From positions 29,842 to 93,841 of the forward strand of contig JAGOSG010000003.1 of NCBI GenBank assembly GCA_018062445.1: a DNA stretch of 64,000 nt, given 5' to 3'. This stretch comes from Minisyncoccota bacterium (GTDB taxonomy: Bacteria; Patescibacteriota; Minisyncoccia; Phycocordibacterales; Phycocordibacteraceae). A model generated the notes under the pieces. It did no database searches, was not told the DNA's origin, and saw nothing but the letters and a program-made list of their open reading frames with translations. The position numbers and the translations under genes were made by a program. Below, piece after piece: positions 38,770 through 47,605 of the stretch; position 1 is the first letter of the stretch, and each line of letters begins with the position of its first letter.

Positions 38770-40299
38770 CTAGTGCGCAAATTCTATGGTTCTCGTCTCT
38801 CTGATTACGTTAATTTTCACTTCACCAGGATAATGCATTTCATTTTCAACACGCATAGCGATATTGCGAGCTAAATCATGTGCCTGTAAGTCTGAAATTT
38901 CTTCTGGTTTTACGAAGATGCGCACCTCACGACCTGCTTGAATCGCATATGCTTTCTCAACTCCCGCAAATGATGTAGCGATCGCCTCAAGCTCCTGCAA
39001 GCGCTTGATGTAGTTCTCTACAGAGTCTCGGCGTGCGCCTGGGCGACCACCTGAGATTGAATCTGCCACCTGCACGATGAGGGATTCCATAGTCTCATAA
39101 GGGTATTCTTCGTGGTGTGCCTGCATTGCCTGAATGACACGCTTATCAACGCCAAATTTTTCGAGAATTCTTCGGCCAATCTCTACATGTGTACCTTGGA
39201 CTGCATGGTCTACTGCTTTGCCTATGTCATGCAGGAGTGCTCCCGTCTTTGCAACCTTTACATCAAGTCCTAATTCTGTCGCCAGTACGCCTGCGATGTG
39301 CGCCATTTCAATCGAGTGCTGGAGAACATTTTGTCCATAGCTAGTGCGGAAGTACAAACGCCCAAGGATAGACATAAGACGAGGGTCAAGACCGTGAATA
39401 CCACACTCATAGGCCGCCTGCTCAGCCTTCTCTTTCATTACTTTACCGATTTCTTCTTTTGCTTTTTCAACAGCGTCTTCAATGCGTGCAGGTTGTATGC
39501 GAGCATCAATGATGAGATTCTCAAGAGCAACACGCGCGATGTTTCTGCGCACTGGGTCGAAGCACGAGAGAGTAATGGCACCCGGTGTATCGTCAACAAT
39601 CAAATCAACACCTGTTGCTCGCTCAAAGGCACGGATATTTCTTCCTTCTCTGCCGATGATTTTTCCCTTGATGTCATCTGATGGAATAGGAACCGAAGAG
39701 GTGAGTACATCAGAGTGTACTGAGTTGCCCATGCGGTGAATTGCGGTCGTCAAAATCTCCCGAGCTTTTGCATCGAGTCTCTCCTTGCCATCAATTTCGA
39801 GTTTTTGTACTCGAACCATCATGTCTTCCTCGTGATTTTTTTCTAAGCCCCTGAAGAGCTCTGCTCTCGCTTCTTCTTCGGTGAGCTTTGCCACATCTTG
39901 GAGAGATTTCTCACGGTCAAGAATGAGTTTGTCGGCACGCTCTTTGATTCGCTTCACTTCTTCTATTTGTGCCTTGATGCGATCGGCTTCTTTATCAATA
40001 TCAAGCTGTCGTTTATCCAGATAGGTTTCTTTTTCTCCAATACGTTTTTCCTTAAGGAGCGCTGCTTCTTCTTTAAGGCGGAGTTCATCACGAAGTCCCG
40101 CTTCTAACTTACCGGATTCTTTTTCTCCTTCAGAGATAATTCTTTTTGCTTCTTCTCTTGCCTCAAGCAACCGTTGCTTGATTTGAAGTTCTACTGAACC
40201 TTTTTGCCCAAGAGCAACAAGTAAGCGAAGTGCATATCCTGCACCAATGCCAATAAGACCCGTGAGGGCGAGGACGATGAGGAGTGTGGTTGTAGACAT
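38770..40299 (-). CDS. rny: ribonuclease Y
   Basis: N-terminal TM, coiled coil, KH domain, HD domain (HDIGK). Confidence 0.9.
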   Translation of the reverse strand: MSTTTLLIVLALTGLIGIGAGYALRLLVALGQKGSVELQIKQRLLEAREEAKRIISEGEKESGKLEAGLRDELRLKEEAALLKEKRIGEKETYLDKRQLDIDKEADRIKAQIEEVKRIKERADKLILDREKSLQDVAKLTEEEARAELFRGLEKNHEEDMMVRVQKLEIDGKERLDAKAREILTTAIHRMGNSVHSDVLTSSVPIPSDDIKGKIIGREGRNIRAFERATGVDLIVDDTPGAITLSCFDPVRRNIARVALENLIIDARIQPARIEDAVEKAKEEIGKVMKEKAEQAAYECGIHGLDPRLMSILGRLYFRTSYGQNVLQHSIEMAHIAGVLATELGLDVKVAKTGALLHDIGKAVDHAVQGTHVEIGRRILEKFGVDKRVIQAMQAHHEEYPYETMESLIVQVADSISGGRPGARRDSVENYIKRLQELEAIATSFAGVEKAYAIQAGREVRIFVKPEEISDLQAHDLARNIAMRVENEMHYPGEVKINVIRETRTIEFAH

Positions 40300-40745
40300 A
40301 GGTCACGCGCGGCGTGCCGATGTATACAAAAATAGTTCAAACTTAAACGAAGTGTACGTCGTCGGATCGAGTACTGAAAATTCTGGCTAAAATAACACTG
40401 TTCGTCATGTATCTGCTCTGTTTTTGCATTATCGGTCGTTATCGCTACTATTCAAATTTGATCATAAAAGGGACTTTCTTAGTGTATCAGATGAGGAGTG
40501 TCTTAAGCAATAAATAATTGTGTTTAGTGCATTTTGCTGTATTCTAGCCATTATGAAAATGGAAGCTACCCCGAGAGAGGTTCCGCCATCTGGGGTCGAT
40601 ATGGCTCCAGTGCACCGTGCACTACTTCAGACTGGTCGTAATGCGTATAGTCTTGGTGACAAAGGGCGCCTTGAGAGCGTCAAAGGATTGATGCGCTTTT
40701 TTGGGTTTCAGATCCCAATTTGAGGTTTTCTTTGGACTTAACCGC

Positions 40746-41393
40746 CTAGTCTTTCGAGCCTCTCTTGTAGATATCGTCAATGATGCCGTATTTCTTGGCT
40801 TCATCTGAGGTCATCCAATAGTCACGCTCAGCATCAGCTTCAACTTGTGCGAAGGTTTTGCCAGTATTCTTTGCGAGAATTTTATTGAGATTCTCTTTGG
40901 TGCGGAGGATGTGCTTTGCAGCGATTGCAATATCTGTTGCTTGTCCTTCTACGCCACCCATAACCTGGTGAATCATTACTTCTGAGTTTGGAAGGGTGAA
41001 GCGCTTGCCTTTTTTACCCGCCGAAAGAATGACAGCGGCAGCAGAAGCAGCAATACCAACGCACACCGTTGCGATGTCAGGCTTTACGTAGTTCATGGTG
41101 TCCAAGATTGCCAAGCCTGCAGATACTGAGCCACCCGGAGAGTTTATATAAAGGAACACATCTTTTTTTGGATCTTCCGCTTCAAGGAAAAGAAGTTGAG
41201 CAATAACAAGGTTCGCAGTGTAGTCATCAATCGGACCTCCCAAGAAAACAATGCGCTCTTTTAGAAGGCGCGAGTAGATGTCATACGCACGTTCACCGAG
41301 AGCGGTTTTTTCAATGACCATTGGGATGACACTGTTTGAAGGGGCTTGTGTTTTTTTGTTCGTCATAGTGTCTTCACTATACTCCAGCTTCAC
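40746..41393 (-). CDS. clpP: ATP-dependent Clp protease proteolytic subunit
   Basis: [23 protein letters not shown], active-site region [11 protein letters not shown]; start may be the internal Met. Confidence 0.9.
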   Translation of the reverse strand: MKLEYSEDTMTNKKTQAPSNSVIPMVIEKTALGERAYDIYSRLLKERIVFLGGPIDDYTANLVIAQLLFLEAEDPKKDVFLYINSPGGSVSAGLAILDTMNYVKPDIATVCVGIAASAAAVILSAGKKGKRFTLPNSEVMIHQVMGGVEGQATDIAIAAKHILRTKENLNKILAKNTGKTFAQVEADAERDYWMTSDEAKKYGIIDDIYKRGSKD

Positions 41394-42186
41394 TTTTCAC
41401 GCCAAGTCCAGATTGTTTGTCGAGTCGTTTTGCTTCCGCCCACGCCAGCTCAAAAATTTTTTTCATGGCGTCAGCAATCTCTGCACTCTCTATGATGATG
41501 CCGAGTTTTTCTCGCCATGAAGCAATCATTACTTTGTTGTCATATACATTGATTGCGGGATGAAAGCCAAATTGATCGGCCGGAACAAACACTGATTCAC
41601 GATATTCTTCGGGGTCTTTTTTTGCCCGCTCTATTCCCATTGAGGTCTGCGGGAATATCGCGCGCATAAATAATTTTCTCTTCGCGCGTCGTCGGTAGTA
41701 TTCTGGAAAGTATCCTTTTATGACGGAATGCTGATCTTCAATAGAGGAGAAAGCGATTATATTGTCCGACTCTGCCTTTAAACTATCTTCAAAAACATAC
41801 CGCAAGCCTTCGATTCCTTCATAAAACTTAATTTGAGGTCGAGTTGCAGATTTTTGTATTAGCTTAAGCTCAGATGCAAATTCCTTAGCTTTCTCAGCGG
41901 CTCGGGTAGATTCTTCAGCTTGCTTCTCTAGGTATGTTGCAAGTTTATCGGGAGACTCTGCGTAGTATTCTTGCTTCGGTTTTTTCCCTGACATGCTCGC
42001 GAGCCCTTTATTGATGAGTGAATCAAGGATTACATAGGTAGTGGCTCGATTAACATTTGCCTTACGCGATGTCTGCGCAACGGTACCTCTATCAATAGTT
42101 AGGAGGGCGATATACACAGAGGCTTCTTTCTCTGAGAGGCCAAAGGAAATCAATTTTCCGGTGAGATTATCGACTGGTTTTTTCAT
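41377..42186 (-). CDS. TrmB-family transcriptional regulator
   Basis: N-terminal wHTH ([13 protein letters not shown]..), C-terminal TrmB-like domain; upstream of clpP. Confidence 0.55.
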   Translation of the reverse strand: MKKPVDNLTGKLISFGLSEKEASVYIALLTIDRGTVAQTSRKANVNRATTYVILDSLINKGLASMSGKKPKQEYYAESPDKLATYLEKQAEESTRAAEKAKEFASELKLIQKSATRPQIKFYEGIEGLRYVFEDSLKAESDNIIAFSSIEDQHSVIKGYFPEYYRRRAKRKLFMRAIFPQTSMGIERAKKDPEEYRESVFVPADQFGFHPAINVYDNKVMIASWREKLGIIIESAEIADAMKKIFELAWAEAKRLDKQSGLGVKSEAGV

Positions 42187-42192
42187 ATTTCC

Positions 42193-42222
42193 ATTATATT
42201 CTTATTACTCAAATTGTGTCAA
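42193..42222 (-). promoter_or_regulatory. sigma-70-like promoter (TTGACA-18-TATAAT) for the TrmB-like gene, near-leaderless
   Basis: Minus-strand reading ttgaca caatttgagtaataagaa tataat ending ~7 nt before the ATG at 42186. Confidence 0.4.
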
Positions 42223-42301
42223 TAAAAATTAACAGAAAAATGTGAATATCGAATCAATCATATTTTAAATATGTATTTCAAATATATATTGAAAATATAG
42301 A

Positions 42302-42329
42302 TTGACAAAAAAAGATTGCTCAATATACT
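42302..42329 (+). promoter_or_regulatory. sigma-70-like promoter (TTGACA-16-TATACT) on plus strand with no annotated plus-strand gene downstream
   Basis: ttgaca aaaaaagattgctcaa tatact. Confidence 0.3.
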
Positions 42330-42459
42330 AGCCACATATGAAGCGAGAAGCATTATCCACGCATGTAGCAGAACAGCCTATACCGTTTCCTCTAAGGTGG
42401 TGGTGTAGTCGATGCAGAGACTGGCATCGGCTCAGATGTCCAAGGACATCTTTATAGCG

Positions 42460-43521
42460 TTAGCTCTTAGGAGTTTCCGTAGGTTTTTCTTCGGATGATT
42501 CTACGATATCGATTGGTTCTTTTGAAATTGAGCGGGCACCAAGGAGTTCCCAGACTTTTTCACGCATGACGGTTGCACGGACATACTGATGTGCGCGGTC
42601 GTGTTCCACGCCTTGCTCAATGAGTGCGTGTGCAAGTCGTTCTTCATCTTTTGAGTCAGCTTCTATTTTTTCTGCACGAGCTATCTCACCGAAAATAAGA
42701 TCGAGAGCAACACGCTTTTCTGCAGGAACTTGGAGTTCTGCACGAACGGTGTCTTCAGTCTTGCCGATGCGCTTCAAGTAGTCATTGAAGGGAACGCCTT
42801 GCGCTGCAACATCGCGTTTCGTTGCGTCCAAGAGCGCTCCTGCTTCTTCGCCGATTATGAGTTTAGGGATAGCGCATGATGCTTTTTCAATCAATGCTTC
42901 CGCTATAGCACCTCGCTTTTTTTGAAGTTCGCGCTCTTTCACGGCACGCACCGATTCTTCTTTGAGGAAGTGCTCAACAGCGAGCGAATTTTCAAAGCCA
43001 AGCTTCTTTGCCTCGTCGTCAGAGAGAATGGTGGTTGCGTCTCCCGTGGACTGGGTCATTTGCCTTGCTTGCATGCGAAGTGCCTGAAGGGCTGCTTCTT
43101 GTTCCTTTTCTTCATCGAGGGCAGGGAGTTTGGCAGATGCTTTTTTTGCAACATCTTTGAAGTTCTCAATTGAACAACTTGGCGCAACGATAGCAACGAT
43201 TTCAAAGGGAACATCAGTATCTATGTCAGAAGCACCTAAGGTTGCGGCAACGGGCATGATTGGCATAACCGCATGTTCTTTTAGTAATTCTTCCACTTTT
43301 GATTTCAGTGCATCTTCCGCGGCTTCCCTCCAGAGGGCTTTTTCTCCTACATGCTCGCGCACCTTTTCAATTGGCGCTGTACCTTTGCGGAAGCCTGGCA
43401 ATGTTATTTCACGATGAATAGCCGTCAAAGTTCTCTCCTTCGTTTGTATGACGAGGTCTTTTGGAATAGTGCCTGAAATTGAAACTTCAGCATTTGGGCG
43501 AGTGTCTTTTTTTGTTTGCAT
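42460..43521 (-). CDS. tig: trigger factor (short form)
   Basis: N-terminal ribosome-binding domain with GFRKG motif; 353 aa. Confidence 0.85.
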   Translation of the reverse strand: MQTKKDTRPNAEVSISGTIPKDLVIQTKERTLTAIHREITLPGFRKGTAPIEKVREHVGEKALWREAAEDALKSKVEELLKEHAVMPIMPVAATLGASDIDTDVPFEIVAIVAPSCSIENFKDVAKKASAKLPALDEEKEQEAALQALRMQARQMTQSTGDATTILSDDEAKKLGFENSLAVEHFLKEESVRAVKERELQKKRGAIAEALIEKASCAIPKLIIGEEAGALLDATKRDVAAQGVPFNDYLKRIGKTEDTVRAELQVPAEKRVALDLIFGEIARAEKIEADSKDEERLAHALIEQGVEHDRAHQYVRATVMREKVWELLGARSISKEPIDIVESSEEKPTETPKS

Positions 43522-43555
43522 AAGTGTCTATCCTAACGCATCGTCATGGTAAAGC

Positions 43556-43592
43556 AAAAGCCCGCCCTCAATCCTTGAGGGCGGGCTTTTGG
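43556..43592 (-). terminator. intrinsic terminator
   Basis: aaagcccgccctcaa-tcc-ttgagggcgggctttt. Confidence 0.7.
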
Positions 43593-43607
43593 CGAAGTGA
43601 TTAGTTA

Positions 43608-43961
43608 TTACTGAGCACTTGCGCCTCCATTTACCGTAGCAGCAGAGCTTTCAATGCCTGAAAAATCAGTGGCATTGATGTCAGCTTCAATGCTGTCTAA
43701 TTCATCTGATGAGCTCTGACTTAAAGCAGCTTGCACATCAGGATCGTTAGATGTTTGAAGTTCTTCAACGGTGCCGGCTGGTGCATCAACTGATAGTTTT
43801 TCAAGACTCTGATTCAAGAAGTACCAAGCTCCTGCTGCAAGGATGCTCACGATAATCACAATGACGGCAATTGGACCAATAGCCATAGTACTTTTCTTCG
43901 GCATTTCGGTTGATGATGTCGAGGTTGGGGGAGGAGTTTGAGTAGCTTCGTTTGTGTCCAT
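43608..43961 (-). CDS. small membrane protein
   Basis: Single TM (MAIGPIAVIVIIVSILAAGAWYF), acidic C-terminus. Confidence 0.45.
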   Translation of the reverse strand: MDTNEATQTPPPTSTSSTEMPKKSTMAIGPIAVIVIIVSILAAGAWYFLNQSLEKLSVDAPAGTVEELQTSNDPDVQAALSQSSSDELDSIEADINATDFSGIESSAATVNGGASAQ

Positions 43962-43988
43962 ATTTTTATTTTAGTTTTTAAAAAGAAT

Positions 43989-44801
43989 TTATATTCTTGG
44001 CGTTGTGGTTGCGTTTTGGCGGATAGCACGAGCTGCTACACCGAGCTTCTTAACTGCGCTTTCAATTGCTTCACGCGCTTTCTTTATATGCATCTGCGCA
44101 CTATCTGTAGTGGTGCGGATAGGGGCGAGACTTGCTGATACAGCTGCCATGTTGGATGCGTTCAATATACTTACCGCTGCCGCTTGTATGGTTGAAAGAT
44201 CTTGTTTTGCAGCTGCGATTTCAGTTTTTGCAATTGCTATGTCAGTCCGTGCGTCAGTGGTGTTTCCGCCTGCCTGATCTATTTTTGTGGCACGCGATTC
44301 AATACGTACAATGATTTCTTCCAGTCGATGAATGACAGCAAGGAGTCTTTCTGCAAGGCGTTTCATTTCCTCTTTGATTCTTTGTTCGTTGCGTTCGCGT
44401 GTAGTAGTGCTCATATTCCCAGGTCGAGTTGTAGAGGCAATTCCAGGGCGTACTACTGGGCGAGTACTTGAACCAGCACGATCATCCATGCGATCACGAA
44501 TTGGTGTTGTTGAAGCGCGTGGTGGCATTGGACGAGGAGGTACTCCTACAGTTGTTGAGCCATGACCTCCAACTAGAATAGGTCGATCTGGCTGGTGTCC
44601 TGGTCTTACTGGGTCGGTATAACCAGCTCTAGGGTCTGTCTTTTGGTTATTGTTCCCGAGATTATCAAGATATGCTTTTGCAGAAGGTATTTTTGGTAAC
44701 ACCCTTGCGCCCGTTTCTTCCGCCGATGCAACGGTTGCAGAGCTGGCGATGAGCACTACTGCAATGAGTGCGAGTGCGTTATATGTCCATGTGCGTTTCA
44801 T
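43989..44801 (-). CDS. secreted hypothetical protein
   Basis: Signal peptide; Pro/Thr/Arg-rich linker; helical C-terminal domain. Confidence 0.5.
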   Translation of the reverse strand: MKRTWTYNALALIAVVLIASSATVASAEETGARVLPKIPSAKAYLDNLGNNNQKTDPRAGYTDPVRPGHQPDRPILVGGHGSTTVGVPPRPMPPRASTTPIRDRMDDRAGSSTRPVVRPGIASTTRPGNMSTTTRERNEQRIKEEMKRLAERLLAVIHRLEEIIVRIESRATKIDQAGGNTTDARTDIAIAKTEIAAAKQDLSTIQAAAVSILNASNMAAVSASLAPIRTTTDSAQMHIKKAREAIESAVKKLGVAARAIRQNATTTPRI

Positions 44802-44903
44802 AGTGGTTCAATGGTTAGTTTTTACAATAACAACCATCCAAATACCTATTTAGATGTTTCTATACATTATATAGCTCGTGGCAGTGTTGGGAAGCTAAAA
44901 AGC

Positions 44904-44942
44904 AAAATCCCCGCTTTTCTCTAGAGAAAAGCGGGGATTTTG
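44904..44942 (-). terminator. intrinsic terminator downstream of ppa
   Basis: aaaatccccgcttttctc-taga-gaaaagcggggatttt. Confidence 0.7.
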
Positions 44943-44945
44943 AGG

Positions 44946-45476
44946 CTATGCGGGGAACTTTTCTTTGTAGAGTCCCAAGGATTTTGCAAATGCTTCCTTC
45001 GCCTCTTTTGCTCCTTTGAACCCTTGGATATCAACAACATTTTCTTTTCCTTTGAGCTGTTTGTATGTCTCGAAAAAGTGTTGGATTTCTTTGATGGTGT
45101 GCTTGTTTACATCAGCAAGGTCTTTCACCTCGTCCCAGCGCTTATCTTTCACAGGCACTCCGAGTACTTTGAAATCTGATTCGCCATCGTCAATCATTTC
45201 CATGACTGCTACAGGACGTACTTTTACAAGAATGCCGGGGTGAATAGGAAAGGTAGAAAGCACCATAACATCGAGTGCGTCGCCATCATCCCAGAGTGTC
45301 TTTGGTACAAAACCGTAGTCAACTGGATATGGGGCGGATGAGTAGTTCGCTCGATCAAGTTTAATGAGTCCTGTTTCTTTATCGATCTCGTATTTATTGT
45401 GTGAACCCTTAGGAATTTCAATAATGACATTTATCTCGTCTGCAGTACCTGGGTCTATGTCGTGCCAAAGATTCAT
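44946..45476 (-). CDS. ppa: inorganic pyrophosphatase
   Basis: Family I PPase motifs (DGDALDVMVL, EIPKGS.NKYE). Confidence 0.9.
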   Translation of the reverse strand: MNLWHDIDPGTADEINVIIEIPKGSHNKYEIDKETGLIKLDRANYSSAPYPVDYGFVPKTLWDDGDALDVMVLSTFPIHPGILVKVRPVAVMEMIDDGESDFKVLGVPVKDKRWDEVKDLADVNKHTIKEIQHFFETYKQLKGKENVVDIQGFKGAKEAKEAFAKSLGLYKEKFPA

Positions 45477-45479
45477 AAA

Positions 45480-45520
45480 TTAGGTTTTAGTGATTAGGGT
45501 ATAGAGTTTAGTGTATCAAG
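45480..45520. repeat. family B leader motif upstream of ppa
   Basis: aaattaggttttagtgattagggtatagagtttagtgtatc; the same aaattaggttttag start as at the NYN gene. Confidence 0.5.
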
Positions 45521-45522
45521 AA

Positions 45523-46770
45523 TTACGCGTCAGCTTTTTCTACTGATTGCTCAATGGGAGCTTCTTCGATTGCTTCGGTTTCTGCCTCACCAACCTCTTT
45601 ATCTTCAGGAGAAGAGAGTTCTTCTGCTGATAGTCCGACTGCGCCACCTTCATTTTCGCTCACCGCTACTGCTGTTCCGCCAACAGGGCGGATGTCGATT
45701 GACCAGCCAGTTAGTTTGGCGGCGAGGCGTACATTTTGACCACCGCGACCAATAGCAAGAGATTGCTGGTCTTCTGATACCTCGGCAACTGCACGGTGTG
45801 TTTCTTCATCAAGTTCAATTGAAAGAATTTGAGCAGGGGAGAGTGCGTCTTCAATAAATTGCTTTATTTCTTCTGACCATTCGATGATATCGATGCGTTC
45901 ACCTCCGAGTTCACTCATGACTGTTGAAACACGAACACCTCTCTGACCTACAAGTGCACCCACTGGGTCGATGCGTGAATCAGTTGCGTGTACGGCAACT
46001 TTTGAGCGACCACCAGCTTCACGAGCAATTGCTTTTATAACAACGGCGCCACTTGCGATTTCAGGTACTTCAAGTTCAAAAAGTTTTTCCAAGAATTTTG
46101 GATGTGCTCGGGACAAACGCAAGAATACTCCACGCACCCCTTCTTCAACTGAGAAGAGGTATGCGCGAACACGCTCACCCGCACGGTAACGCTCACCGGG
46201 GATTTGCTCGTGGTATGGCATGATGCCCGTTGCACGACCCAAGTCGACATACAGGTTTCCACGCTCAATGCGTTGCACGATGCCGTGAACGATATCGCCT
46301 TCTTTTCCGCCGTATTCTTCAACAACTGAAGCTCGTTCTGCTTCACGAATTTTCTGCATGATGACTTGCTTCGCGGTTTGTGCGGCAATGCGTCCGAAGT
46401 CAGTCTTTTTTTCTAGAGGAAATATGAGTTCGTCACCCACAGCAACATCTCTTTTAATTCTCTTTGCATCTTCAAGGAAAAGGAAACGCTCTTCGTTGTA
46501 GTGAGGACGATCGTCGCCTTCTTCTACGGGCGATTCGTCGCCGTCCATACGAACCTCTTCAGGTGCGACAACCATTTTTACTTGGTAGAAATCAACACCA
46601 CCCGTTGAAATATCAAAATGTGCGCGAACTATTTGGTCACGCTTTCCGTACTCACGCTTATAGGCAGTTGCAACAGCACCTTCAATGGCTTCTATCATTT
46701 TGTCACGAGGGATACCTCGCTCTTCAGAGAGTTGTTCGATGACGAGGTTTATTGTTTTTAGGTCAAACAT
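45523..46770 (-). CDS. nusA: transcription termination/antitermination factor NusA
   Basis: N-terminal domain, S1 and two KH domains. Confidence 0.9.
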   Translation of the reverse strand: MFDLKTINLVIEQLSEERGIPRDKMIEAIEGAVATAYKREYGKRDQIVRAHFDISTGGVDFYQVKMVVAPEEVRMDGDESPVEEGDDRPHYNEERFLFLEDAKRIKRDVAVGDELIFPLEKKTDFGRIAAQTAKQVIMQKIREAERASVVEEYGGKEGDIVHGIVQRIERGNLYVDLGRATGIMPYHEQIPGERYRAGERVRAYLFSVEEGVRGVFLRLSRAHPKFLEKLFELEVPEIASGAVVIKAIAREAGGRSKVAVHATDSRIDPVGALVGQRGVRVSTVMSELGGERIDIIEWSEEIKQFIEDALSPAQILSIELDEETHRAVAEVSEDQQSLAIGRGGQNVRLAAKLTGWSIDIRPVGGTAVAVSENEGGAVGLSAEELSSPEDKEVGEAETEAIEEAPIEQSVEKADA

Positions 46771-46771
46771 G

Positions 46772-46800
46772 TTAGTTAAGGACTAGTGTTTAGGGGTAAG
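46772..46800. repeat. family B leader motif upstream of nusA
   Basis: gttagttaaggactagtgtttaggggtaag. Confidence 0.45.
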
Positions 46801-46901
46801 AAAGCGTCAATCTTCCAAAAAAAGAGGCCCGCTACGCGGACCCATGGAGGGAAACTGACTTCAAAAGTATAGCGCGGGGAGGTGTCGCTGTCAATTACAT
46901 C

Positions 46902-46927
46902 AAAAAAGACACCTTGAGTGTCTTTTT
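46902..46927. terminator. bidirectional intrinsic terminator
   Basis: aaaaaagacac-cttgag-tgtctttttt. Confidence 0.6.
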
Positions 46928-46950
46928 TGATGTAACAGAGCCAAAGGTCT

Positions 46951-47292
46951 CTAATAACGGTCTCGAGGTCGGGTAACCATCCGCCAAAGTTTTCCAGCCC
47001 AGGTCAGTGAAAGCCAAGCTGCAACATCGAATGCAATAACTTCTTTGTGAGTTACAATCCCATCAAACCCATCTCTCAACAGCTCTGCATTTGCTCCAAT
47101 AATATCTCCGAGGTATGGCACCAATGAAACATTCTGAGCTTCAGGAGCTTTACTTCCAAGCGTAGATGGAAGATGTGTAAGTGTAGGAATGTCTCCTGTG
47201 TGTAAATTTCGTTCGGGATTTGTTCTTCGTACGGTGCGCGCAACTTGCGGTCTTTCGAATCTGAATCCTTCACCAACAGTAATGTCAGTCAT
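46951..47292 (-). CDS. hypothetical protein
   Basis: 113-aa ORF upstream of nusA; no recognised motif. Confidence 0.3.
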   Translation of the reverse strand: MTDITVGEGFRFERPQVARTVRRTNPERNLHTGDIPTLTHLPSTLGSKAPEAQNVSLVPYLGDIIGANAELLRDGFDGIVTHKEVIAFDVAAWLSLTWAGKLWRMVTRPRDRY

Positions 47293-47460
47293 ATATATAA
47301 TTTCTTTGTATTTCTAATCCGCGCAGGGTACTACACTTAAATCACTCTGTCAAGTACTCCCCCTTAGGCATTTTTAATGCCACTTTCTGGTATTTTTTCC
47401 GCCATCTTTTAATTTTTTCTTCTTGATATTTCATTTCTAATTTTATTTTTAATATTTCGC

Positions 47461-47547
47461 CCTCCTACCGCCTGTCTCGTTTCAGCTCAACATCGGCGGT
47501 CCCCGAAACGGGATCGGAGGAAAATTGAAGCAATTCAATTTTCCTCC
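47461..47547 (+). promoter_or_regulatory. structured pilB 5' leader with mutually exclusive pairings
   Basis: cctcc/ccgcc...ggcgg/ggagg stems plus a cccgaaacggg hairpin, versus a 14-bp hairpin ggaggaaaattgaa-gcaa-ttcaattttcctcc that reuses the ggagg. Confidence 0.35.
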
Positions 47548-47580
47548 ACTAAACCCTATTCACTAAACGCTCAACCCTGC
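47548..47580. repeat. family B leader motif upstream of pilB (reverse orientation)
   Basis: actaaaccctattcactaaacgctcaaccctg. Confidence 0.45.
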
Positions 47581-47605
47581 TCTGCGATGTTATTCTTACC
47601 AAAGA

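Noticed and set aside
38535-38780. 81-aa minus-strand ORF overlapping the rny terminator
   Set aside because: It spans a clear intrinsic terminator and the 3' end of rny. It is unlikely to be coding.
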